From Stegostoma tigrinum (taxonomy: Eukaryota): a stretch of DNA of 64,000 nt. The position numbers were made by a program, and so were the translations under genes. Of the stretch, positions 50,609-63,389 are shown piece by piece. The notes under the pieces were generated by a model, which searched no databases, was not told the DNA's origin, and saw only the letters and a list, made by a program, of their open reading frames with translations. How positions within the stretch are numbered: position 1 is the first letter of the stretch; the number at the start of each line of letters is the position of its first letter. The stretch lies in NCBI RefSeq assembly GCF_030684315.1, contig NC_081359.1:17494184-17558183 (forward strand), read 5' to 3'.

Positions 50609-50718
50609 ATACCACAGTGTGGAGCTGGAGGACCACGGCAATCCAGGCAGCATCAAAGGTGCAGGAAAATTGACGTTTCAGGTCAAGACCCTTCTTCTGA
50701 AATGGGGAGGGGGAAGGA
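50609..50718 (-). mobile_element. Penelope 3'-end fragment with mutated hammerhead
   Basis: ggcagcatc...ttgacgtttcaggtcaagacccttcttctga, homologous to 43500-43590. Confidence 0.7.
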
Positions 50719-51164
50719 GGATTCATCCCACTCTGGACATAATTGCATTGCAACTTCAGCTGTAGTTACCATGCAAGTCGTCACAGTGGCAGTAATATTG
50801 CCATCTCTGTTCCAGCTCAACTCATCTACTGCTGAAATCTTCATCCGTGTAATGTCCACTATTCTGCTGGTCATCCAATTTTGTATTATCTATAAACTTG
50901 AGCTCGTCCAGAGCTCTGCATTGTCTATATGCTAAATCACAGCATGTTCCTTTCACCCATCATCTTTTCACTTACTGGCCTGCACCAGCTTACCCTCTGA
51001 CATTATTTACCTGATACTAAATTCCTGTATTTTCACACTGACCAGTAACCACTTATATTCTATATTCTACTCTTCAAGTTTAAAACTATCAGTACCACTT
51101 TTTGAACAGACAGCCCCTTGGTAATAATTACTGAAGCAAAGAAATTAAGAAAGAAAGGCTTAAT

Positions 51165-52215
51165 TTTTCACAACTTCAGTGCATCTCCAAGTGATTTATA
51201 GCTAATGAAATCCTTTTGAATTAGCGTAGTAATGTAGGAGATAAAGTGAATAATTTGAGCACTGCAGATTCCCACAGGCAGCAATATGTTAATATCAAAA
51301 TAATCTGTTTAGAGTCAGAGATATACAGCATGGAAACGGACCCTTCGGACCAATCTAAACTTGTGCCTCCTGCCTGCACGTGGCCCTATCCTTCCAAACA
51401 TTGCTTATTCATGTACTCATCCAAATGTCTTTTAAATGTTGTAACTGTACCCACAGCTACTACTTCCTCTGGAGGTTTATTCCACACACAAACCATCTCT
51501 GTGTAAAAAAAGTTGCCCATGTCTTCTTTAAATTTTTCTTCTCGCACCTTAAAAATATGCACTCCAGTCTTGAAATCTCCCACCCGAGGGAAAAGACATC
51601 CACCATACACCTTATCTATACCTCTCATGATTTTAAAAACCTCCAATGCTATAACTCAAACCCTCCATTCCTGGCAACATGTTGGGTAAATCTTTACTGA
51701 ACCCTCTCCAACTTAATAATACTCTTCCTATAACAGGGCAACCAGAACTGGGCACAGTACTGCAGTAGAGGCCTCAGCAACATCATGTACAACCTCAGCA
51801 TCACATCACAACTCTTGTACTCAAAGGTTTGAGCAATGAAGGCAAGTGTGCTAAATGTCTTCTTAACCACCCTGTCTACCTGTGATGTAAACCTCAAAGA
51901 AAAATGTACCCGAACCCCTAGGACTCTCTGTTCTACAATGCTACCCAAGGCTGATTTCTTTGTGATAGTGTTTGAAAGATGTATAATGGCTATGACGCCA
52001 GGGTGATCTCTTTTGTTCTTGTTTAAAATAGTACCATGGGATGTTTCAGTTTCATCTTTGAGGTCAGACAAGGGTTCAATTTAATGCCTCATCCAAAAGG
52101 CATGTGACAGTGCAGCACTTCCGGAGCAGTGGACTGGGAGTGTCAGCTCAACTAACTCTTTTATATTCAAGTGAGACTCGAACCCAAGACCTTCTAAGTA
52201 AGGTAGTGTGCCAAT
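51165..52215 (-). mobile_element. Deu-domain SINE split by a CR1 3' insertion (51310-51950, minus)
   Basis: SINE tail 51165-51308, then Deu domain and tRNA head 51951-52215; CR1 peptides LLRPLLQYCAQFWLPCYRKSIIKLERVQ and VCVWNKPPEEVV lie in between. Confidence 0.75.
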
Positions 52216-52592
52216 CATCGGGATAGAGCCGGCACTAAAATTTATTTACAAGATAGTTTCCACAAAAAGTATCAATCTTTTTCAAACATGGTCCGATTTA
52301 ATGACCTGGATGCACTGCCTGAAAGGGTGGTGCATACAAGCTCAATAGTAACAGTCAAAGATAATTGGATGTACACTCAAAAATAAAACTTTTGCATAGC
52401 CACGGGCAAAGACTAATAGATTCCAATTAATTGGGCACCTTTTTCAAACAGTTGAATGATCTCTGTCAATTCAAATCTAAGGCAATTGGCAACATAGAAT
52501 TCAGGAAGTTTTATCGTTGCAGATAAAGTTTATTGATTACTCAAAAGCACAGCTCATTCCACAATCCAAGAGCACCTATTCCCCTTTAAATT

Positions 52593-52707
52593 ACTTTTTG
52601 CCAACCTGTTCAGACATGTTTTAACACAGCTCAAAGCAGATGGAACACAAACCTGGGCCTTCCTACCAAGAAGCAAGGACACAACCTCTTCACCACAAGG
52701 CTGTTTG
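52593..52707 (-). mobile_element. Short tRNA-derived SINE with 11-bp TSD
   Basis: TSD ccctttaaatt at 52582-52592 and 52708-52718; homologous to 37735-37862. Confidence 0.65.
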
Positions 52708-52944
52708 CCCTTTAAATTTATTCAGTCACTTAATTAGCCACAGTCAGAGAATCCACAGTGAAACAAGACAGGATAAACCATGTCTTCTTCTGCGGTTGCC
52801 AAGCCTGTGATGAGGGGCCTTTGGCCAAACATCTATGGTTTTATTTGGCTGTGGCTTTTGCTTTAGCTGCTACAGGAGCTGGCACTTTCAAACTTGTAGT
52901 AGATGAATTCCAGGAAGAAAGTACATGCTGATGTCTATAAGAAA

Positions 52945-55900
52945 TGTGATCTAACCTTACTAACGAGTCTACCATGCGAAACCTTGTCAAATGCTTTACT
53001 ATACCGAAGTCCAAGTAAACAATATCACCACTCTGCCCTCATCAATCTTGTTGGCTACTTCTTCAAAAAACTCAAAAAGGTTTGAGAGGCATGGCTTCCC
53101 TCAAAAAAAACCATGCAAACTATCCCTAATCATTCCTGCTTCTCCAAGTACACATAAATCCTATCTTTCAGTGTCACCTCCAACAGCAAATTGATCACTG
53201 AAGTCAGACTCTCAGGTTCAATAATTCCCAGTCTTCTCCTTACATCCCTTTTTAAACAAAGACACAACATTAGCCACTCTCCAGTCATCCAGCACCTCAC
53301 CCATAGTTACAGATGATACAAATATTTCTAACAGGGGTCCCACAATTTCCTCCCTAAATTGCTACAATGTCCTGGATAAACACTAGATTGGGTCTTGGAG
53401 ATTTATCTGTCTTTATATTTCCAAAACCTTGAAAATATCCTCTTCTGTAATATGAACTATCTTCAAAACATCAATATTTATTTCACTGTGCTCTCTAGCC
53501 TCCATTCCTTTCTGCACAATAAAAGCTGGAACGAAATATTCATTTAGATCTGTCTGACCTCATGAGGTTCAACAGAAAGTTGACCTCTTTGCTCCTTTAT
53601 CTCTTTCTAAATGTTCTCTTAGTCTTAATGTATTTGTACAATCTCTTCAGATTATCCTTAAATTTGTCTGCCAAGGCTATCCAATTTCTCCCTTTGCCTT
53701 TCTGATTTTGCTCTTAAAAATGCCCCTACACCCTTTATATTGTTCAAGAAATTCATTTGACGCCAGTTGTCTATAACAAACATATGATTTTTTTTATTCT
53801 TGATTTCAATATCTTTATTCATCTATTGTTCCATAATCCTACCAGCTTTACCTTACATTCTGATAGACTCACAATGACTCAACTCACACTATTACACTTT
53901 CGAAAGCCTCCCACTTGTCAGATGTCCCTTTACTTCCAAACTGCCTACTCCATTCAACTTTTTGAAAGTTTTTGTCCCATACCATTAAAATTTGCCTTAC
54001 TCCGATTAAAAACTTTAACTTTTATGAAAGCCTTATCTATTTTCATGAACATTTTAAAATTAATAGAATTATGACCATTACACCCAAAATGTTTCCCTAC
54101 TATCACCCCAGTCACTTGCCCAGCTCATTACCCAAAAGAAGATCAATTTTTGCTCCTTCTCTAGCAGAAATATTTACATATTGGTAGAGAAAATTTTCTT
54201 GACACATTTAATAAATTCTTCACCATTCAAACTTTTTACACTATCCTGGCTATTCCTCAATCAGTTTTGGGTAATAGCTATGATATTGCAATCCCATGTT
54301 CCTAGACATGCCCCGAGTTCACCTGACTATACTTCTTCTACTCACAGATTTGGGAGGCACGGTGGCTCAGTGGTCAGCACTGCTGCCTCACAACGCCAGG
54401 GGCCCAGGTTCGATTCCATCCTTGGGTGACTGACTGTATGGAGTTTGCACATTCTCCCAATGTCTGTGTGGGTTTCCTTCAGGTGCTCCGGTTTCCTCCC
54501 ACAGTCCAAGAATGTGCAGGTTAGGTGGACTGGCCATGCTAAATTGTCTATACTGTCTAGGCAGATGTAGATTAGGTGGGTTACAGGGGGATGAGTCTGG
54601 GTGGGAAGTTCTGAGGTTCAGTGAGAATTTGTTGGGCCAAAGGGCCTGTTTCCACACTGTAGGGATTCTATGATTCATCAGCCTTACCAGACCCCTTGCA
54701 CTGAAACAAATGCAGTTTAATTCTTCAGTTACTTTGTTCTCTGACTTCTTCTTGTATGTCTTTTCACATTGAGAAGTACCCTCATCCATCTTTCTAATTA
54801 TTCGAATATTTAAGATTCCACGTCCCCCCAAAATCTCCCCCCGAGGATACTGATCGCTTTCCAGTTTAGAAGAAACGCATTCGTTTGAAAAGGTCTTTTT
54901 TGCCTCAGAGAGGTCCCAATGATCCTAGAACCTGAATTCCTGAACATTACACTACGTTTTCAGCCACTGATTTATCTCCTTTATCCTTTTATTCCTTACC
55001 TCAGACAAGCTTGGCACCAGGAGTAATCCAGAGATTAGTACTTTTGAAGATCTGTAAAGACTTAATCTTTTCCCTAACTATGTCATTCCTACTAATGGAT
55101 ACAATAACTTCTGGCTTCTCACTCTCCCCTTTAAGAATATGACTTAGATGTTTGAGACGTCCTTGATCCTGGCGCTAGGAAAGCAATATATGATCCTAGA
55201 TTTATGCTTGCTGCCACAGAGTCTCCTGTCTGTGCCCCTAATAGGAGAATCCCCATTACAATTATTCTTTTAAATTTATTTAAACCCTGCCTAACATGTG
55301 GTTCAATTCTAGCATCCAAGATCTGACTGCCTCTTCTATTTTCTTCTGAAAGACTATCCCTCCGAACTGTACCCAAAACTGAATATCTGTTTGAGACAGG
55401 AATAGCTACAGGAGACTTCTGAACTACCTTCTTACCTTTCCTGACAGTTATCCACCTATCAGACTGATTTTGCTGTGTGATCACATCTCTAAATCTACTA
55501 ACCATCTCAATTTGTGTCTCTTGTACGCTTTCAATGCCGTCAAACCTAAAAAAAAGCAGATTCCAACAGCACCTTATATATTAACTACCTTTCCTTAACC
55601 AAAGAATTGTTATTAAGCATAGGTGAAAAATTCAAACATATAAAAACATTAAATAAATCCAACGACATTGCTGAACAATCGAATTAAAATGTCTCCTCCT
55701 CAAGCAGTCCAGCAAACAGTTTTCAATCCTCTGATTAAAAAAAAAGCTCACTTCAGAGCCGTCCACATGTAGGTCTCTCCAAAAGCTCTGTTGACACAAC
55801 TCCATTAAAAAAGAACTCTCTTCCACAACTTAAAAAAGATCTCTTCAGAGATGTTAAAAAAAACTCTTCCTCCATGTGTATATTTTGTTTTAAACACATA

Positions 55901-55960
55901 GCTTAGAAAAAAAAATCTGGAGCTGTCCATGTGTAGGCCTCTTTAAAAGTTAAGCATTGC
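52945..55960 (-). mobile_element. Decayed CR1, 5' part (probable 5' UTR with short internal repeats, ORF1, APE, start of RT), interrupted by HE1
   Basis: ORF1 peptide WITVRKGKKVVQKSPVAIPVSNRYSVL; APE start LNCICFSARGL; RT remnant near 53000. Confidence 0.8.
54352..54675 (+). mobile_element. HE1-type V-SINE
   Basis: gggaggcacggtggctcagtgg...ggttcgattcc...tgtagggattctatgatt. Confidence 0.92.
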
Positions 55961-56194
55961 TTTTCCTCATTAAAATAAAATGTCATCAAGAGATCTGATG
56001 TATATATTCAAAATTAGAGTGAGAAAACTAACCTTGTCATTATAGAGATTGTGAAATGAGAAAGGGATAACTTGCAAACACAGCTGTGCAAGCCCCTTTG
56101 AGAAAGGGAGAATGTTGTATGACACAATTCCTCATTAAGATGGAGAGTGATGTAACTTATTCTGAGACTAGGGTCCTGAATCTGAAAGGAAACT

Positions 56195-57300
56195 ACGATA
56201 GAGTCAGACTTATGGCAAGGCCAACCTGTCCATGCCAACCATAATCCCAAAATAAACTCATCCCACCTGTCCACACCCAGCCCATATCCCTCCAAACATG
56301 TCTTATTCATGAGATAACAAGGTGTAGTTTTGGATGAACACAGCTGGCCAAGCAGCATCAGAGGAGGAGGAAAGCTGACATTTCGGCTCTAGACCCTCCT
56401 TCAGAAGCTGCCTAGCCTGCGGTGTTCATCCAGCTCCAAACCTTTTTATCTCAGATTCTCCAGCATCGGCAGTTCCTACTATTTCAGAATGTCTTGTTCA
56501 TGTACTTATCTAAATGTCGTTTAAACATTGTAACTATACCCACATCCACCACTTCCTCTGGAAGTTCATTCTGCACATGAATCACTTTCTGAGTAAAAGA
56601 AAAAGTTGCCCCTCATGTCTTTTTTTAAATCTTTCTCCTCTCACCTTAAAAATATGTCCCCTCGTCTTGAAATTCCCAACCCTAGGGAAAAGACACTTGC
56701 CTTTATCTATACTTCCTCTTGATTTTATAAACGTCAATAAGGTCACCCCTCAACCTCTTACACTCCAGTGAAAAAAAGTCGCAGCCTCTTCAGCTTCTTA
56801 TAAATCAAACCCTCCGTTCCTGGCAACATCCTAGTAAGTCTTTGCGGAACCCTCTCTAGCTTACTAATATCTTTCCTATAAAAGGGCGACAAGAACTGGA
56901 CAAAGTGCTCCAGAAGGAGCCTCACAAATGTCTTGTACAACCTGAACATGAACATCCCAACTCCAATACACAAAGGTCTGAGCAATGAAGACAAGTGTGC
57001 TAAACATCTTCTTCAACATCCTGTCCAAGTGACACAAACTTCAAAGAATTATTTACCTGAACCTGTAGGTCTCTATGTTCTACTACCCAAGTGCCTATTT
57101 AAATTGAATAAGTCTTGCCTTTTTTTTAAACCAAATTGCAATACCTCACATTTATCCAAAGTAACTCCTTCTGCCACTCCTCAGCCCATTGACCTAACTG
57201 ATCAAGATCTCCTTGTAATCTTAGATGGTCTTCTTCACTGTCCATTATGCCACCAATTTTGGTGTCATCTGCCAACTTACTAACCATGCCTTCTATATTC
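56195..57300 (-). mobile_element. CR1 3' part interrupted by a Penelope mini-element
   Basis: Peptide FRLYKTFVRLLLEHFVQFLSPFYRKDISKLERV. Confidence 0.88.
56312..56488. mobile_element. Fold-back Penelope-derived mini-element (family 1) with 14-bp TSD
   Basis: TSD atgtcttattcatg at 56298-56311 and atgtcttgttcatg at 56489-56502; same arms as 30411-30611. Confidence 0.85.
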
Positions 57301-57334
57301 TCGTGGTGCAGGGCACAAGCTGGTTATGATAAAT

Positions 57335-57960
57335 TGGGGAACTGCAATGGAATTTTGACACTTTTTACTAAAAGAATTGAATGTAAAAGAAATGTTGCTG
57401 CAGCTGCACAAGGCATTAGTGAGACTGTATCTTGAGTACTGCATATAGTTTTTTGGCCCCTTACTTGAGGAGGGATGTAGTTGCATTGGAGGCAGTTCAG
57501 AGAAGGTTCTCTAGATTGATTCCAGAGATGTCTTACAAATAGAGATTCAGTAGTTTAAGCCTATATTCTCTGGAATTCAGAAAAATGAGAGGAGATCTAT
57601 TTGAGATTGTTCAGATACTACAGGGGAATGACAAAGTAGATGTAAAGAGGACATTTCCTCATGTGGGGCATTCTAGAACGAGAAGTCATAGCTTTAGGAT
57701 CAGGGTAACAGATTTAAAACAGAAATGAGGAGAAATTATTTCTCTCAAAGAGTCATGAATCTGTTGAATTCACTATTCAGAATGTGGGTGATGCCAGGAC
57801 ATTGAGTAAATTTCAGAGATTATTGATTAGTAATGGGTTGAAGAGTTATGGGGATCGGATAAGAAAGTGAAATTGAGGTTGAGATTAAATCAGGTATGAT
57901 CATAGTATGTGGCAGAGTAGGCTTGAGGGACTGAGTTACCTACTTCTGTTCCTAGTTCGA
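57335..57960 (+). mobile_element. CR1 3' part
   Basis: ggcattagtgagactgtatcttgagtactg...cagatttaaaacagaaatgaggagaaatt...gttcctagttc. Confidence 0.85.
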
Positions 57961-59879
57961 TAGCAAATATTTAAAGAGCACATGGAGGAACTTCAACATT
58001 TGTTCATTCCTGCTTGACACAAAAATAAAATGGGAAAAGGTGGCCCATTATGGCTTAAAACCATAAATTAGGGACACTATTAGATCCTGGGAATATGATT
58101 GGCCAAAAGAAGCAGCACACCTAAGGAGTTTATAGTTCTTGAGCTGAAAGGATCAAGGGTTTGGGGAGAAAGTGGAAACTGGGTACCAAGTTGGATGTTC
58201 AGCAATGATCATATTGAATGACATAGCAGGGCCAAAGGACTGATTAGCCTATTTGTGTTCCTGTTTTCAAGGAAACATGACTATGGAGTGAAACTAAAAA
58301 GAAGTCCTCAGTAAGTTAGCACATGCGCCAGGGAATGAATAGATTCCGTCTAACCCATCTTAGACCTTGAAACACTGGCAAATATTGCACTATTTGCATT
58401 CAAATGACATCATAAGACAAGAGTTTTAATTTTGTTCTTATGAAAAAAATTTGGAAACGTATTGCCGTACACACAGCTCATCACTAGCTGACTAGACAGC
58501 GACTGTTAGAATGCACATGTATTGGGCTCTGGTGGTTGATTACACCGAGGATAGCAGGGTCATTTGAAATTCAGGATGTGGCTGTCTCAATTCTTTTTCA
58601 AATAAACGCAGGCCCAGGTAAAGGATAGCATCTTCGAAGTTATGATGGTCAACAACATACCCAACAAATTTTCACTAGGGATGGTGAAAGAATTAGAACT
58701 TCGAGGGAAAACCTCTGCTGACAAGTAGAGCGTCATTCAGAAAGAGGGCTTGTTTCCTCTTGCCACACATGAGGAAGGCAATAGGAAATCACCTCATGCT
58801 TTCTTTCTTTGATAAGAACTGACAATGCTGGAAAATCACAGACGGTCTGGTGGCATTTGCGAAGAGAGAGAAGACCCCCAAAGATTCACATTCAACTTGA
58901 GATGTTAACTCTATTAATGCTCTCTTCTCACCACAGAGAAATGACCAGAGGCTCCATCAGATCACCACAGATGTAGAATACTTCAATGGAGATAACTGTG
59001 ATTCTAAAATATTTCCACCCACAAAAATATTAAATTCAGTTCAGCAGTTGATAATTTCAAAATGGTCATCAAGGATTCAAGATAGTTATGTGATATCTCC
59101 TGCCAACATCTATCATCCTGTGGAAATAGGAATATATTTAAGAACATTTTAACTGGAAAATGAACAGCAGTAGACCAATTCAGTACCTCACTCTTTTTCT
59201 GCCATTCTACTAAATTTGTATCTCAAATCCATTATCCAATTATTTAATCTGTATCTCTTCATAGATTTGCCTATCAAAGCTCTGTTGAACTTAGTCCTAA
59301 AAATAACAGTTTACCCCAAGCTTCAACAACATTTTGAAGGTTGTGGTGGTGGTGGAGTGGAAGTTCCAGATTTTTACTACCCTCTGTGTCATGTCACGTT
59401 TGAATGGCTTGCGTCTAATTTTAAGATTACACTTCTATTTTAGACTGAATACACAACAGGAAATGGTTTCTATCTATACTCACCCCATCAAGCCTTTGAG
59501 TTGGAATAAGATTAATCAGAAATATTTTTGTGGTGAAAACAGCAATTATATACCAATGCAGTTCTCAAAAACAAAAGCCAAATTCAGTCCTATGTGGCCA
59601 GCTCTTTGTAAAATTTTGTCTTAATCATAATTCTACTCAAGTATGGCAACTTTCCACAAACTGTTCACGACTCTCAACAGTAGGGAAATTTAAGAATGAT
59701 GTAAAATAATCTAGGGGGAAAATTCAGTCAGTTATGACACTCTCCTACAAAAGGTTAGTGAATTCAATGAAAGGTTATTAAGGGAAATGAAAGCAAATGA
59801 CAGAACAGTGATAATATTTCACTGACAGAATGTCAGTTTTTTTTTAAAAAATGATGTGGGCTGGAGGTTAAAAATGGGC

Positions 59880-60105
59880 TGAAGACACTGGGGAGAACTC
59901 TCCTGGTCTTTCTCCAAGAGTGTCTTGATATATAGTGCATCCACCTGAGACAACAGACAGGGCTTTTGTTCCATTCAAAGGATGGGACATCAGCAAGTGC
60001 AGCACTCCCTCAGTGTCATCTGAGATGTTCCGTTCATTTCTCTGAATTATGGATTTGAAGACACAACCTTGTGATCCACAGGTCACAGTGCTACACACTA
60101 AGCCA
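59880..60105 (-). mobile_element. Deu-domain SINE, 5' half
   Basis: gacactggggagaactctcctg...gtgcagcactccctcagt...ggatttgaa. Confidence 0.65.
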
Positions 60106-60189
60106 TGAAAGGACCAGTACAAAGAAAAAAGGGTACCACAGCGTCCACTACACAGAAAGAAGAGATAGATGGGGAATGTAAGATCACAG

Positions 60190-60780
60190 GGAATGCAGTA
60201 TGAAAGTAGTTTGCCATGACTACACAAGGCACTAGTCAGGCCACATTTGGAATATGGTGAACAGTTTTGGTCACCTCATCTAAGGAAAGATAAACAAGCA
60301 TTGGAGGTAGTCCAGAACCGGGATACTGGGCTGATACCAGGTATGGAGGGACTTTCCTAGGAGGAAAGCCCAAATAAATTGAACTTGTACTCATTGAAAT
60401 GTAAAAGAATGAAAGACAATCTTATTGAAACATACAAGACTGTTCAAGCACTCGACAGATTAGATGCACAAAGGCTATTTCCCCTTTTGGAGAGTCGAGG
60501 GTCAGGTATCATCATCTCAAAATAAAAGATTACACATTTAAGACAGAGATAAGGAGGAATTTCTTCTCTCAGAGAGTTGTGAATCTGTGAAATTCCTTAA
60601 AACAGAGGGCCTGAGGCTGAGATATACAGATACTTAATCAGTAAGGGAATCAACGGTTATGGAGGAAAAGGAAGAAAAGTGGAATTGATGATTATCAGAT
60701 CAGCCACGATCTCACTGAATGGCAGAGCAGACTCAATACAGTGAATGATCTACCTGTGCTCTTATGTCTTATGGTCTTAA
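60190..60780 (+). mobile_element. CR1 3' part with tail
   Basis: ggcactagtcaggccacatttggaata...ttatgtcttatggtctta. Confidence 0.85.
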
Positions 60781-61537
60781 ATGGCAAATTAGGCATGATC
60801 AAAATATTTTGAGAGAGATAATACTCCAGTCAATTTCAACACTTTTATTTTCAAATAAGGGACAATAATAGGAACAATGGTTATTATTTAGTTCATGAAA
60901 AAAAATTCAGTATTATTACGTATGAAAATTAATCTTTTCAAATCTTCTATTAGTTTTTCATATTAGTCACAAACAGAAACATTACACCAAGAAATTTTGA
61001 GGGGATTGCCAACAGTTTGCTAGTGGGTGACATTAATAGTCAGTGATCTTAACCACCAATCCTCTACAACTCCCCCACCTCCACACACACACGTCGCAGT
61101 ACTTAAACAAGCTAAGACAGCAACTGATCACTTTCTACTGAATAAGCAAATTTCTGAATGACTTGAAAAAGAATTAAAAGTAATAAATCAGTTGAAAATT
61201 TTACAAAATATATAACTGCATTAAGCACAGATGACATGTCATGTTATACAGTATAACTGAAAAATAGGAAATCCGATGGTAGTTCAAAATTGCTAGATTA
61301 GATTTTAGGATAATTGATCTACCATAATTTGCACACTAACAACTGTTGATACAGAATTTGGTTCAACAAGAACAATGTGCATCTAAATTGTGTTTTTCAT
61401 TAACTAACATTGTGTAACCTTAACCAAACCATTCTGGCCGAGTTTCCATCTCAATTGTGAGCCAAGCCAATGTAGGTCTAGATTGAATTCTGATCTGTGA
61501 TAAGTACAAACATACAAAGTTAGAAGCAGTTTTTAAA

Positions 61538-61880
61538 AATTCATTTGCAGGATGAGGGCGTTGTTGGCGGAGCTAACATTTATTGCCCATCCCAAAGGTC
61601 AGCTGAGAGTCAACTACACTGCATGTAGTCCAGATCAGGTATGGATGGCAGCTTCCTTCCCTGAAGGACATTAGCAAACCAGATGGGCTTTTCCAACAAT
61701 CAGCAATGGATTCATGGTCATCATTAGACTCTTAATCCCTTTTCTAAAAGTTGAACTTTTTAAAAATTGAATTCAAATTCCACCATCTGCAGTGGTGAGA
61801 CTTGAACCCTGGATCCCAGAACACCACCTGGGTCTCAATATTAACAATTCAGTGATAATGCCACTAGACCATTGGCTCTC
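61538..61880 (-). mobile_element. Near full-length SINE-B
   Basis: tRNA-like head with B box (gggttcaagtctcacc) near 61790-61880, body, and LINE-X-type tail gggatgggcaataaatg. Confidence 0.75.
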
Positions 61881-62454
61881 CTGAGTAAGTCACTGGGCCC
61901 CTCAAGCCTGCTCCACCATTCAGAGAGTTAATGGTTGTTCTGAATGTAATCTTAACTACACACTCCCAACCTTACCCCTGAAACTTTTAAACTCTTGCTT
62001 ACCAAAATTCTATCTACCTCTGCATTAAAAGGTGTGCTAAGCTAAGATGGAACCCAATCCATCTTTGGAAATCATAGTTAACAAAAGCAGGAAGAAACTT
62101 GAAAATTAAATGTGCATTCAAGAAGAAAACAGGTAAGAATGCCCAGTTTTTGGATTAATTATAACACCACAACAAAGTAATTTTCTTCAAAGCCTCGTTT
62201 CAAAGCTCCATATTCATAACTGATGTTCTGACAAAGAGTCACCAGACCTGTAATGTTAATTCTGTTTTTTCCTTCACAGACGCTGCCAGACCTCCTGAGC
62301 TTCTCCAGCAACTTTGTTTTTGTTTCTGATTTACTGCATTCGCAGTTCTTTCGGTTTTTATTAGGCATTTTCCAATGTTCATTAAAAGAAAAATTTTGGG
62401 TAGGTAGAAGTAAAAGGAAGTACAGATTTGCATTAACATCACACCATTTGCCAC

Positions 62455-62790
62455 CCCAATGATATATTTTTATGAAGTAGTCACTCATACAGTGTAAGAA
62501 ATGCAGCAGCTGATTTTCACATGAGATCCCACAGCAATGAGACCAGACAAGCCTATTCAGAATATGTCAACTGAGGGATTAATACTTGGTTCTTCACTTT
62601 AAATAGGACTGGGATTACTTCTACGCCAAGTCTGAGAGCAAACTGGGCCTCAGTTCATTGTTTCATCAAAATAGAGTGTCTCTGATGGTCTAGTAATTCC
62701 TGCATTGAAAGTATAAGACTGATACTGTGCTTAAGTCCCTGGAGTAAGACTTTAACTCACAAACTTCTCACTTAAATGACCAACTAACGG
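62455..62790 (-). mobile_element. Deu-domain SINE, old
   Basis: Reverse-complement similarity to 62920-63295 and 26370-26760. Confidence 0.6.
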
Positions 62791-62919
62791 GGACCTCTGT
62801 TTAAAAAATGCATCGTCTCTCATCCAGAATATTCGTGTGTATGCTGATTGATAATAGCTTTATAACCATATGCATTATTGTTAGCTGTGGCTTAATGAGT
62901 TGCATTCTCACTTCAGAAT

Positions 62920-63295
62920 TGGAAGTTTTCGATGCATGTCCCACCTCGACCTGGCAAGAAATCAAGCTGATCCTTCCAGTGCAGTAGAGAGAGTGCTGCA
63001 TTGCTACGCCATTCTTTGGACCGATCATCAAACCAAAACCTTGTTTACTCTTTAACATGAATGTAAAGGATCACATGCCGTCATTTCTTATAAGTGCAGG
63101 GGAGTTCTCCCTGGCTAATATTGATCCCTGAAGCAGAATCACTAAAAAAATACACAGGTTATGCGCACATTATCATGAACAAATGTGGTCACCACATTCC
63201 CAACATTACAACAGTGATAAAACTTTGAAAAGTATTTCACTGACACTACGGCACTTTGGAATACCAGGTAGTTGAGAAAGGTACTGCAAACTTGT
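62920..63295 (+). mobile_element. Deu-domain SINE, old
   Basis: gagagtgctgcattg...tgtaaaggatcacatgcc...gcaggggagttctccc...cattacaacagtga. Confidence 0.7.
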
Positions 63296-63389
63296 TATTC
63301 TCCCTCTTTAGTAATAAAGATGAGAGCCACAGATGACTCCATCCTTCTCCTGGTATGTCATCACTGATGCATGGATGCAAAAGATGTGG

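Noticed and set aside
54352-54425. tRNA gene
   Set aside because: tRNA-like head of an HE1 SINE that continues into the V domain; the same applies to the other SINE heads.
55740-55950. Short imperfect repeats (gagccgtccacatgtagg; aaaaaa..ctcttc)
   Set aside because: Most simply explained as the repetitive 5' UTR of the adjacent CR1.
62040-62140. Possible GPR18 5' non-coding exon ending at CAG|GTAAGA (62133)
   Set aside because: Only a donor motif is present; no GPR18 coding sequence or promoter evidence in the window.
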